DNA of 64,000 nucleotides from Octopus sinensis (lineage: Eukaryota), in assembly GCF_006345805.1 (NCBI RefSeq), contig NC_043008.1, positions 21,824,001 through 21,888,000 of the forward strand. Direction: 5' to 3'. Below, in pieces: positions 38,304 through 50,954 of this stretch; the first letter of the stretch is position 1; each line of letters starts with the position of its first letter. Both the position numbers and the translations under genes were made by a program. The notes under the pieces are model-generated. The model saw only the letters and a list, made by a program, of their open reading frames with translations. It was not told the origin of the DNA and ran no database searches.

Positions 38304-39347
38304 TATATATATATATCTATATATATATATATATAATATATATATATATATAATATATATATATATAATATATAGTTGATAATGTTTAATTTATAAAATC
38401 TTTCTTCAAATATTATGTCTTAATGCGAATTTTTTCCTACAATCATGTGTAAATATGTCTTTGCTTGCGCGTGTGTGCGTGCGGGTGTGTGCGTGCGCGT
38501 GTGTGTGTGCGCGTGTGTGCATGCGTGTATGTACGTATGAGCGTGTGTTCGATCTTAATATGTTTGCTGTGGAACGGTGTTGTATTCTTTTCAAATAAAT
38601 ATTAATATTCTTTTTAGGCTAGCACACAGTTTAGATTACTATTTGCTGCAATCTTTTACGAAGTTAAAACTAAATAAATTATCCCTTTGGAGAGGCTTTT
38701 ATAGGAAAAAAAAAGGTGAAAACAAATTTTATTATTAAATGAATTTTGCCATCGCTTAGACTGAATATATGGAATTGATAAAGAGTTTCTGCATTGTACA
38801 GAATAAAAATGCAAAGGTCGCATTCACATTAATGGAAGTTTATGGGAAAATGTCACGTAACAAAATCGTTTGCTTTAACTAGTTGTATTTGCAATGAAGC
38901 AGAAACTTTCAAATATTCGTGCGAGGGTTGGTGTCTCTAATGATACCCCGAGGATTGTATTCCAAGAAACAAAAACTGTCTCTCATAGACGAAGCAACAG
39001 CAATTTTTCCTCCCAAAGTTTTGTTCACCGTCGAAGAAAACGACATGGTAAATTAATTCCACTACCTGTTAATGTAAATGGTATTGTGTAACGACAACGT
39101 TTACATGTAGCATTCATCGGCAAATTCTTTTAGCTTAGATTTCTATTCTGGCAGTGACGAAGGCTGGAGAATGTTTTCATTTTTATGCAGCGAAAATTTT
39201 TTTTATCTCCTTTAAGAATACTCGTAAAAGCGGTGCGTGGATGTAGATGGTGCGTTTAAAGTAGTCCCACAACATTCCTATCCACTTTGTGTTTATATGA
39301 ATTGTGAAGATCGTGCTTTTCCGATTTTCCAATTATATATATATATA

Positions 39348-39535
39348 TCTTATGTAAAATCCGTTCTCTGTGTGTGTGTGTGTGTGGCTTCTAGGATCTC
39401 GGGCATCCGCCATCCGATTGCGCTCAAATTTCATATGTAGATACCGATGGTATCAGGGCATGTATAAGTCTTCAAAAAATTACAAAAATCGATTCCAGGT
39501 GAGAATGCGATCGATAAAGCCGCGGGAAATCGTTT
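39348..39535 (+). mobile_element. Helitron-like non-autonomous fragment (tentative)
   Basis: A|TC start, (TG)n, CCGATTGCGCTCAAATTT, and AAGCCGCGGG near the end; no intact CTAG. Confidence 0.45.
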
Positions 39536-39728
39536 TTCTTTGGAATAGAAAAAAAAAGTTTATCTTTATTTCTTCTTTGCTGGTGTCTCAAATTTAGGTT
39601 AATCAGTGTTTCTCAAAGGGGAGGCTTATGGGACGTTCGGGCAGGTTGTTTTGAGAAAATTTGGTTTAAATGTTTGACAACTCAGCATCGTCCATTGGAC
39701 AGGGGGCGTTGTGCTCGTGTATATAATA

Positions 39729-39781
<53 letters not shown>

Positions 39782-39783
39782 TA

Positions 39784-40174
39784 TATTGTTGTATTTGGGG
39801 ATGGTCACGTTACCAGCTTAGCCAATAAAACACACGCACTATATACTTGGTATTAATTTGCTTCAGCTTTATTTTATGTTTTACATTTATCGTATTTCGG
39901 CAGAGTTCTTTTATCACACTTCTGTGATCTCATCAGCGGTCCTTTGCTTTCTCATTTCTTAATGGCTGATCGGTAGTAAGGAAAGACACACAAATAAGAA
40001 AGGAGAACGCAAAGGACCACTGATGAGGTCACAGAAGTGTGACGAAAGAACTTTGGCCGAAATACGATTAATGTAAAAAAATAAAATATAACTGAAGCAA
40101 ATTAACACCAAATATATAGTGCCTGTGTTTTATTGGCTAAACTGGCAACATGACCATCCCCAAATACAACAATA
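39784..40174. mobile_element. Foldback with about 178-bp inverted arms, possibly inverted Penelope-like terminal repeats
   Basis: 39784-39961 is the reverse complement of 39995-40174; each arm carries a hammerhead-like motif. Confidence 0.8.
40014..40058 (+). ncRNA. Candidate minimal type I hammerhead ribozyme
   Basis: GG(A)CCA-CTGATGA-G-GTCACA-gaag-TGTGAC-GAAA-GaaCT-T-TGGCC: intact core, one extra nucleotide, 6-bp stem II, 2-bp stem III, bulged stem I. Folded by eye only. Confidence 0.5.
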
Positions 40175-41589
40175 GCTGTTTCAACACACGATTTCACATC
40201 AAGAATCTTGCGAAACGAATACATAAACGTATATATATATAGGCACTAACATTATTATCTCTCATAAGTATACACACGCACACATACACACAAATTTATG
40301 CATTGTTTGTATATGTGTATGTATATACGTAAGTATATATTTATGTGTATCTTTATTGTATGTCTTATTTTTTACTTGTTTTTTTTTAATTTTTTACTTG
40401 CTTCAGTCATTGGACTGCGGGCGTGCTGGGGCACCTCCTAGAAGGGTTTTCGCTGAAAGAATCGACACGAGTATTTAAATTTTTAAAGCCTACTACTTTT
40501 TCTATCGGTCACTTATGCCAAACCGCCAAGTTATACACACACACACGCGCGCGCGCGCGCGCGCAAAATATATAAATATTCAAGTTGGAAATCCATGGAA
40601 AAGGACGCTCAAGAACATCTTAAAATTTTAATTGGGTTCTTAAGCCAGAAACTATGACTCTTTTATATAGCCACGAACATTCATAATTGCTTTTAAAACT
40701 ATTTTAAAGTGGGACCCTAGCTCGTACGGTGTTTCTTTCAGTTCAGCTAAAGCGTATGAAGCAAGATTCAAAATTTATATCATACTCATCACTATGCGGG
40801 AACATATTCTCATTTTTAGATAATTTATGTTTTGTGCCATCTGACATTTTTAGGCCCTTAAATCTTTACTTGTAACAACTCCAAAGTCACAAGGATTAAC
40901 GAATTATTCCGATGACATGTGGATTCGTTACTGTTTGAACCATTATGGAAATGATTCTGTTTAATCTAGAATTACGAGATATTTTTGCCTGGGTCCAAAG
41001 AGATTTACCAAAGATTAATTATTAATTCATGTGAATGGTTGTATCAAGCTATTCATGTATCGTTGATGTATAAATACACCGACCTTTTATGAGTTTATAG
41101 ATTTTTCTCAAATTAAAGCAGGACGATACAGAAAAGGAAATATCAAGTCTTTTGGTGGCGAACGAAGATGTTCCTAAACATTCTAATTATTTAAAGAGCT
41201 CATAAAGCAGTCAAAACAAATGATAGGGAAAAAAGACCGGTTTTGTCTATGAAATAGGCATACCTCATTCTTTTTCGCTTTATTTGTTTTGATATCCTTT
41301 AATCAGAAAGGATTTCCCATGTCTCCTTATAGATCCACCGGAACTGGTGATAGGACGAGCAGAAACCATCCTCAAATCGGAAAGCTGATTCAAATAGTTG
41401 CAACAGATTGGACTCCGGTATAATCATCCAATGTGCCGTTGGAGTTTTCAAACCGGACGACAGATAATATCTACCACCCAAATTGAACTACAGAAATAAA
41501 ATTAATTTTTAAAAATTATTCAACTAAAAATAACAATAATAATGATAGATATTTTGCTACAGCCCCTGCTACCTCCCCTCCCCAAGCTT

Positions 41590-41885
41590 CCAGTTATACT
41601 GTAACATTTTTTATCCATCACTTGCCCGAGGGCGCTGGGTGTGTCTCGGCAATTGATTGCAACGCCGTTCAAGAATTTGGACCTGGAGATCTCCATTTCC
41701 AGCGACTTCGAGGGCCACCTCCTTATGCTGTCGGGTGTCAACCAAGAGCCCTCAACTACAACGAGACGACCAAAGTATTTTTTTTTTCCAAGGTCCGGGG
41801 TCATCCGCCCCTAAGCCCTAGACCATCACCTAACCACCCTTACCCGTCTTGTTGCTTAACAACAACAACAACAACAACAACAATA
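41590..41885 (+). mobile_element. Dispersed repeat ending in (AAC)n, probable LINE 3' end
   Basis: About 200 bp recurs in reverse complement at 58672-58884. Confidence 0.7.
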
Positions 41886-42689
41886 AAGTGATTGCAACAA
41901 ACACGCGGATTAAAAATAAATAACAATAATAATAAAGATGGTGTTGATTGTATACATTTTTGTATCCCAATAAATTATTACAATTCCAAAATTTGTTATT
42001 CTATTTCATTTTATTCGATTATATTTTTAACACCAAATGTAGTTTTGCTGGAATGGTCTTGGCGTTGAAGAGTTCTTATGTTGAATTTTATTGTCTTGGA
42101 AATGTCAACAAACCAAGTGGATTAAATATTTGGTAACTTGTTTAAATGTCATTAAATAATCACTGATAGGTCGTTTACCGCTCCGAAATGATGACAAGGA
42201 TTTCATTTTCAAATGGCCGAATAGATTAGGTATCCGGCAAGCTACTCAAAGGTCATTATAAGCTTTATAATAAGATTTTCTATCTTGTGATTGGGATTTA
42301 TTCTCATTAACTTAAAACTATTAAACCACAGCTGACCACGAACATATAAGAGGCACTCAAATGGATGAAGAATCAATGGAATTTGAAATTAGAACGTTAC
42401 CTGCAAAAGACTGACATCTAAAAGAGATCGTGGTTGAAGATTAAAATAAAATCCAAGAAGAGATTTTCGGAATTTACTCTGTCGTAGTCAAAGACATGTT
42501 TAAGCATTAATAAGATTGGAGAATCATTTGCAACATACGAAAGTGTGCAGTCGTTTGTAAAACCAGGAATATTAAATAAGACCATTTTGAGATAACGTAA
42601 AATATTAGTATTCGACGCGTAATTTTGTTTGTGCTCAAGAATTCGAGAATTTATATGAATAAATTTACAAGATGAAAGAATGGATGTTA

Positions 42690-42789
<100 letters not shown>

Positions 42790-42889
42790 GGCAGTGACAG
42801 ACAGATATTAGAGATACACGTAGGAATAGAGTTAGATCAATCTTGATTTTGCATGTCTGTGTTAACTCACGTGTTTCCTCACATGTAGC

Positions 42890-42928
<39 letters not shown>

Positions 42929-44301
42929 CACTAATAATAGTATACACGTAAAGGCATATTTGCATGCATGTTGCATTTACAAGTCTTGTATAATACGCAC
43001 TTTTTCTCACACATGTCTGCTGACAAACGCACACATACGCACACACACACACATGCACACAGACACTTATGCACACTCATTTATATACATGCAGAAATAT
43101 TCTTTTTAAAGTGCTATGCCCGAGGCAGCTCTGTAGACACATACGGCACACACTCAATCTCAATAATCCCAAATGCAGTTTACCAGGAATTCACGCAACC
43201 GTTGTGTAAATCCGAAAACTTTTAAGCTATGACAAATCAATTCTTACTTCGCAACAATATGTTATCACAAATTTACAGAGAGAGAGAGAGAGAAAGATTC
43301 AAGCACTTAATTCCCTCTTCTCGTTATTTTATTGAATTATTTTTTAGAAGCAGAGACATTTTTTTAAGAATGTGAAATATAAAAAGGAAAATTACTGAAT
43401 AGTCAATACATTAAGACAAAAATAATATAAATAATCTCGAAGTTTGTTTACAGACCATGTTGGCAATAGTAAATACTCTAATTAGTTATCTGATGTGACA
43501 TTGCTATCGCAGCTGAAAAAAAAAAGATAGTTTACTTTGGTCAATGACTTTCTCACCCAAAGACTACAAATTAATTACCAGAGAGCAAGTGGTGTTCAGT
43601 AAACAAGGCACCAACAGCAAAAGACAAACAAAAGACTGTTATGCGTCGGTATTGCGTTAACGGTACCAAAACATTGTCACGACATAAACGTTGGTCCCAA
43701 GATGTTACTGGACACATAAGTGAGGTAAATAACATACTTAACGTAATTTTAACTGCGCCATCTCTCAATCTCTCCTTTTCGCTCTATCTCTCTCGTTCTC
43801 ACCCGCCCTTCTCTCACACATAAAGAAATTGTTTACCGAACACTTGTGGAGTTCACTATCTAATGGTAATAAATGGTCAAGTTTACTGCTTATTCTAATA
43901 ATATTGCAACTTCTAGATTATGAAAATAGCATTCAGATAAATTAAATACCCTCACACTAACACACACATACATACACCTTCTCGTACAAACATACACGAA
44001 CACATACGCGCAACACGCACACACACACGGATGTATATATAATCTTACAGACAGAGCTTCGAAATATTGCCAGAAGTGGGCGACGTCAGATGGATCACGC
44101 CATCTACTGGCAAATTGTCGAGGTTACTGTCAATAAAATTATTAATATCCAAATCTACACATAAAGAAACTTCCTTCTTTGGTTAATGTTCAGAAAGGTC
44201 ATGCTTCTAAAAACATGCATTCGTATGTATGCATGTATGTATCTATGTATATATATATATGTATTTTTATGTATGGTCTTGGCGTTGAAGAGTTGAAGGC
44301 A

Positions 44302-44461
44302 AGGCGTAGGAGTGTCTGTGTGGTAAGTAGCTTGCTTACGAACCACATGATTCCGGGTTCAGTCCCAATGCGTGGCAACTAGAGCAAGTGTCTTCTGCTA
44401 TAGCTCGGGCCGACCAAAGCCTTGTGAGTGGATTTGATAGATAGAAACTAAAAGAAGCCCG

Positions 44462-44463
<2 letters not shown>
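44302..44463 (+). mobile_element. SINE family A, 5' half
   Basis: Head through GAAAGAAGCCCGTC, then (TA)n. Confidence 0.85.
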
Positions 44464-44522
<59 letters not shown>

Positions 44523-45065
44523 TATACATCGCTGGTTACAATTCTCTTTGCATCGTTTTAGCTTCCGAATGATGCCACTCCGCTGGTTTGGTGAGAAGGC
44601 CAACATCCCCACTGATCAAAAGGTTTGTCCATCAGTAGGTTACCGATTTACAGCTAAAAGGACTGAGGCAATTGAAATTAAGTGTTTTGCTCGAGGGTAC
44701 AAAGCTCCGCTCCGTCTAGGAATCGAACCCAATGTCTAGTAATCATGAGTGCAACACCCTAACCACTAGGCCACGCGTTTTTTTTTCTGTCTTTACGTTC
44801 TGGGTTCAAATTCCAGCGCGGTCGCTATGCCTTACATCCTTTAGAGTTCGAAAAAATAATAACCATTTGAGTACTGAGGCTCATATAATCAATGTAGTCC
44901 CTCCCGCAAAATTGCCAGCACTGTACTAAAATTTGAAAACCATTGCTCTTGGCGTAATGTCTCTTCATAGATACGACAATAATCCGTTAATCCAAAGAAC
45001 ATTAATTACAAACTGTAAAGTTTGTAAAAACCAGACGAATATGGTGTTAGCACAGTTAACGTAAA

Positions 45066-45460
45066 CTAGCAGTATCGCCCGGCGTTGCTCGGGTTTGTTT
45101 CGACCCTTTAGAATTGGAAGTTTTGAAAAGGAAAAAATTTGCATTATGTAGTTTGTTATTCTCTTTAAGTGAACATTTTTCTGGTTGAGATACACCGAAA
45201 AATGGCGACACAGCAGTCAAAAAATCGTAAAAAAGATAGGAATTTTCATAGAAGAAGAGCACCTTTTTGATGTAAATAATTTTTTGTGTTAACATGGTCC
45301 GATTTGAATGTTTTCCTTCTACGGAAGGAAGAGCAAGCCTTCTTCTATCATACTCTTAATTTTGGTCAACTTGGGCCACAGGGTCTCGGAGGAGATTGTG
45401 TTAGTTGAAGGCTACCAAACCTGCCATACACAGATAACTTCAGCTTTATATAGAGAGAGA
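45066..45460 (-). mobile_element. Non-autonomous Helitron (family H1)
   Basis: Reverse complement of 15167-15556; A|TC...CTAG|T on the minus strand. Confidence 0.9.
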
Positions 45461-45801
45461 TATACAAATAAGGAGTAACTAAGACTATATTACTTTTCTT
45501 GTTTTTTAATCAGCTTTGAACGTTCTAATAATCAGTAGAACTATTTTACACATCAATCGACATGATGGGTTATGCATATAAATTATGTAAATCTATCCAA
45601 TATAAAAGTTCTACTAATTATTTCTTCATATTGAATTATAAAGGTGAGAAATGATTAGTAGAAGTTCTATTTAATAGCATAGGGATTCACATAATTTATA
45701 TGCATAACCCAACATGTTGATTGATGTATAAAATTCTACTTAAATTCTTATTATTCAAACGAGCTTCACTGATTAAAAATATGTATACCATTCCTTCGTT
45801 T

Positions 45802-45834
<33 letters not shown>

Positions 45835-46020
45835 TGGGGGTACATGCATACACATTTATATAAATGTATGTATGCATATAAGTATGTACGCTGAAATTTA
45901 TTCATGTTTGTGTGACAGATAACGTAGAAGTCGCTTATGTAACTAACATATATTGCGAAACAGCTGTTAACTAAGAGAATAAACATCTAATTCTCTCTTT
46001 ACTTTTCTTATCTGATCAAG

Positions 46021-46057
<37 letters not shown>

Positions 46058-46084
46058 CGCACAAACACGCATACACATATTCTA

Positions 46085-46400
46085 TTTTCCATCGGTCATT
46101 AGACTTCGGCCATGCTGGGGCACCACCTTGAAGAATTTGTAGTCGAATGAATCAACCACTACTTATTTCTTTGAAGTTCGGTATTTATTCTATTGCACAC
46201 TTTTGCTAAACCGCAAAGTTAAGGGAACGTAAACAAACCAACACCGGTTGTCAAAATGTGGCGGAGGACAAACACAGACACAACGACACACTTTCAGTTT
46301 CTGTCTATCAAATATTAGAAGTCACTTGCTATGCAGTCGGATTGAACATGGAGCCATGTAACTTGGAAGTAAGTTTCTTACGCCACAGCTACGCCTACAC
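46085..46400 (-). mobile_element. Degenerate SINE family A
   Basis: GGCCATGCTGGGGCACC, GGTTGTCAA and GCCACAGCTACGCCT remnants. Confidence 0.65.
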
Positions 46401-46598
46401 CTATCACTCTCTCTCTCTCTCTCTCTCACAAACACACACACACTCTCTCTCTCTCACACACACACACACTCTCTCTCACACACACACTCTCTCTCTCACA
46501 CACACACTCTCTCTCACTCTCTCTCTCTTTCTTACTCTCTCTATCTATCTATCTATCTATTTATCTATCCATCTGTCTATGTGTGTATATATATATGT

Positions 46599-46678
<80 letters not shown>

Positions 46679-47050
46679 ATATATATGGAGCTATGACATC
46701 CCCTTTACCCCATTTCTATAATTAGAAAATCTTGATTGTCTCTTTTCATTTGTTCTTCCCTCTCAGGACCTTACAGTAGTCTGGAACAACTGAATCTTAG
46801 TCAGTTGATGGGCTGCACTACCTCAAATGTTCTTGAAATTTAAATCCACATCTTTGTCTATGTATCTACCTTCTCTATAATGTTGCCACTTGATATGAAA
46901 ATTTTTGTATTAATAGAAAACCTCTATAATTGGCTGATGAGTGCTCAGTATTTTAAAACTGTTGTAATACTTACAACATTTAATAAAATGATGTAATATG
47001 AAACGATCGTACCAAATTACCGGAGTCATTCTTGTTGCTTATTTTGATTA

Positions 47051-47087
<37 letters not shown>

Positions 47088-47282
47088 AGTATATAATATC
47101 CAGGCAGATACCAAATTACTCTATGTTAAATGCCAAGACTGGTTCATTCAGATGGTGCATCTTTTGGTAAACTTCCTTTAACTCTCGTCCGTTGCAGTTT
47201 ATTTCTTGACTACTTAGCGTGCAACGTTCAATATTGATAATAAGGGGAACGAAGAATTTGAACATTCAAACTTAAGTAGCTT

Positions 47283-48003
47283 AGCATCTTTTAAAAAAAT
47301 CCGAAGATTAAAAATTGTGTTACATACAAAATTTAGAGGACTGACCACTAAAAGTGGACAGCCTATATGCTAAACATAGACGTCAAATCGCCATTACCAC
47401 GAAGAATGTGTTCTCAAGAAAAATCCCAGCAAAATACCAAAATGTAAAAATAAACAAGACAAATGAAAATATACGAAATAAAAAACGATTACCTATATAC
47501 CATTGGTTTCACTTGTTAATATTTACGTATATGGACACGCAAACATCTGCAAGATCATCAATATAGTCTGTCGTTTATAAAACACAATTTCCAGAAATAG
47601 ATACAGAACGCTCAACCGAAATCCAGCATGTATAAAGTTCTACATGTATAAAGTGCTACAAATTATATTTATGTGTATCTTTCAAATGCCTTCACTTTGG
47701 CGCGCTGAGATCGGAAATCTACCCTGCAGTTAATAAACTACAGCAGTCAATTTACCGGTTAGAGAACATTATTTTTATTTAAAATTAAATAAGGGTAGAA
47801 ATTGATATTAATCAATTAAAACCAGTGGCCTAGCATATTTTAAAAAATCCAAAGATTAAAAAATTACTTTACATACAAAATTTAGAGGACCGACCACTAA
47901 AAGTGGACAGCCTATATGCTAAACATAGACATCAAATCGCCATTACCACGAAGAATGTGTTCTCAAGAAAAATCCCAGCAAAAAAAACAAAATGTAAAAA
48001 TAA
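47283..48003. repeat. About 170-bp direct repeat at 550-bp spacing
   Basis: 47283-47454 aligns with 47833-48003 (ACATACAAAATTTAGAGGAC.GACCACTAAAAGTGGACAGCC...). Confidence 0.85.
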
Positions 48004-48032
48004 AATAAAATATGCTAAGCCACTGGTTTTAA

Positions 48033-48382
48033 ATGAGCAGAAGTAGTGGGGGAGCATCATAGCCCTGTGTTGAAAGGAATTCTAGGAGGTTTGGATAATT
48101 CACCTTTAGAAACATGGGTGGTTCGTTCAACATCCTTAAACAATCCTTATTCAGGGACCTTTTGAGCGGGATGGGCTACTCGACCAGAAGAAATTTCTAA
48201 CTGGGCCCCACCTGCAATGTCATGTGCTGTTTATCTTGATATGAGATCACCATGTCGCGCACATATGGTTGTGATGCATGTGCCTAGTGTACCCTTATCA
48301 GACGGGTAGTCATGACGGGTATACTGGGCTTCGTATATTTTACCCCAGTGTCACTTTGATGGAATGCACTGCTCTCTCACTC
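48033..48382 (+). mobile_element. SINE-like element (family E) ending in an (AAT)n tail
   Basis: Non-coding segment ending GCTCTCTCACTC directly before (AAT)n; single copy here, called by recognition. Confidence 0.5.
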
Positions 48383-48545
<163 letters not shown>

Positions 48546-50577
48546 CGACAGTATACCGCATAAGGATTGACTATAAAAAGGCCTTCGACAGTATACCGCA
48601 TCCATGGATCTTGAGATCGCTGGACATCTTCAAAATTTCCCCCGTGATTTCAAACTTCCTGAAGCACAATATGTCGTTGTGGAATACGAATCTCCAATTA
48701 TGGAGAGGAGTACTTGCCTCAGAAAATATAAACATCAACTGTGGGATTTTTCAAGGTGACTCACTTTCACCTTTAATATTCTGCATAGCCCTAATACCCT
48801 TACAAGTGAATTAAACAGAACAGGGTATGGGTATAAAATTGCCAATAAAAAAATAAGCCATCTATTTTATATGGATGACTTAAAACTTTATGGTAAAGAC
48901 AATAATGAACTTGAAGGCCTATTGCGCACCGTGAAAGCATTCAGCGATGACATCGGGATGGAATTTGGATTGAGAAGTGTGCCAAGGCCACTTTCAGAAA
49001 GGGAAAGTGAAGACCACAAATTCAGTCGTGTTAGATGTTGACACAGTCATAAGAGAGCTTGAGCAAGAACAAACATACAAATATTTAGGGATAAATGAAG
49101 GCTCTGGTATTCAGCATGCAAGCATGAAAGAGAAGATCAGGAAGGAATGTTATAGGAGAGTTCGTGCAGTCCTGAAATCTGAACTAAATGCACGTAAAAG
49201 TTGTTAGCTATAAATTCCTTAGCAGTTCCAGTTGTTACTTATAGCTACAATGTGCTGAACTGGAATATGAGTGAAGTAAAGAATATAGATAGGAAAATAC
49301 GCAAACTGCTCAGTTGTAATAGGATGCACCACCCAAAGCAGACGTAGATCGCCTTTACCTTCCCAGAGCCCAAGGAGGTCGAGGCCTGATCCCATTTGAA
49401 CTAGCTTACAAAACAACCACAATTGGACTGGCCAAATATCTCGAAATATCGAATGACTGGATGCTAAAGCTCGTGAAAATCACGAGAGACGAAAGAAGCT
49501 TCATTCTATCATAAAGGAAAGCAAAAAATTTGCTATTGATCTCATGCAGGATACCCAAACTGAACAGCCCGAGGGAAGTACGGCAACTATTGTTGCAAAG
49601 AAGATGAAAATGATGGCAATGAAAAAAGCGCACGAGCAATTGGCTGATAGGTGGGAGGAGAAACCTCTGCACGGCAAATATGTGACCCGCAGCAAACAAG
49701 CTGATGTTGACCAGAAGCAAACCCATCAGTGGCTACGGAGCTCAGGGCTAAAGGCAGAGAGCGAAGGTTTCATCCTGGCTGCTCAAGATCAAAGCCTATT
49801 ATCCGGAACTACCAGGCCAATGTGATGAAAAATGGAGCAGACCCAAAATGCCGTTCTGCAACGACATGATTGAAACAGTGGACCACCTAATCTCTGGATG
49901 TAAAGTCTTAGCACAGTGGAGTATAAATTAAGACATGACAGAGTTGGCCAATATCTCCACTGGCTAATAAGTCGGCATTACAATATCAAAACTGCCGACA
50001 AGTGGTATATCACCACCCTGAGGCTGTAACTGAAGGAGAAAATGTAACCATTCTGTGGGACTTTCCAGTACATACAGACCGAACCATCAAGGCCAATAAA
50101 CCAGATATTGTTGTGAAAGACCAAAACAATAAAGTTTGCTTATTGATCGACATGAGCATCCCCTGTGATCATAATATCTCAGCGAAAGAGTTTGACAAGC
50201 TCAGAAAATATAAAGACCTACTCATTGAAATTGAGAAAATGTGGCATCTCAAGGCAGTTACAATACCAGTGATCGTAGGAGCACTAGGAATGATCAAGAA
50301 GGGAACCGAAAATTATATGAGAATGATCCCTGGCTTACCATCCCTGCAAGAAGTGCAAAAGATTGTCTTAACTGGTACATCACACGTATTGAGAAGAGCA
50401 TTGTCGATGTGAGAACTGTTGCTGATCATGTATTTTAATTTAACTTAAAAAAAAAAAATGAACGAACTATGAGTTTGGTTTAATGGCCTACCAATGTATA
50501 CTATGAGTTTCTTTGCCCTAGGAGTCGGAAGACACTCGGCAAGAAATGGAAGCAAATTTGAAAGAAGAAAAAAAAAG
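48546..50577 (+). mobile_element. 5'-truncated R4/Dong-like non-LTR retrotransposon (RT plus restriction-like endonuclease)
   Basis: IDYKKAFDS, GIFQGDSLSP, YMDD (48868-79), RLYLPRAQGGRGL, CCHC knuckle (CR.CN..IETVDHLISGC), ANKPDIVV..LLIDMSIP..KLRKYKDL; stop at 50412; frameshifted; A-rich 3' end. Confidence 0.92.
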
Positions 50578-50602
50578 TAATAATAATAATAATAATAATA
50601 AT

Positions 50603-50822
50603 AATTAATTCGTTTATTAGCCACAAGGGCTGACGAAAATTAATTAAAAAATAAAGGAACAAAACATAGGACAAAAGTTACAAAGGGTTTTGTCCGTTTG
50701 CAAAAAAACGTGTAAAAATTCCAGAGATAACAATGAAAATATAACAATTGAAATTCCCAGTAGGAGGAGGCGCTTCGAACGGTTACTCGAGGAAAAACCC
50801 ATAAAAGCCACGGGAGCCTGTT
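50603..50822 (-). mobile_element. LINE-type 3' end, copy of 13326-13547
   Basis: Reverse-complement match; its tail runs into (TAA)n at 50578-50605. Confidence 0.75.
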
Positions 50823-50954
50823 TAAAAGGCTATACAAGATTCAACTACTTACCTTTGTGTCATTGATACGAAATGCCAAAACAAGGAAAGGAAAACTTAC
50901 AAAAACTGTAATATGGAAAGTTTAGACTTAATAACAGAAATAGGATTATTGATA

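Noticed and set aside
41622-41891. 89-aa ORF in the (AAC)n-tailed repeat
   Set aside because: The second copy at 58.7 kb has indels that break the frame.
43583-43723. Plus-strand open frame ending at a GAG|GTAAAT donor
   Set aside because: Weak acceptor, no recognisable domain, no partner exon.
45920-45970. GCGAAACAGCTGTT with palindromic stem III-like sequence
   Set aside because: No CUGANGA core or stem I upstream; at most a fossil.
50505-50535. Similarity of the Dong 3' UTR (TTGCCCTAGGAGTCGGAAGA) to SINE B tail 2 (TTGTGCCTAGAGTAGAAAAGA)
   Set aside because: Short gapped match, within chance expectation.
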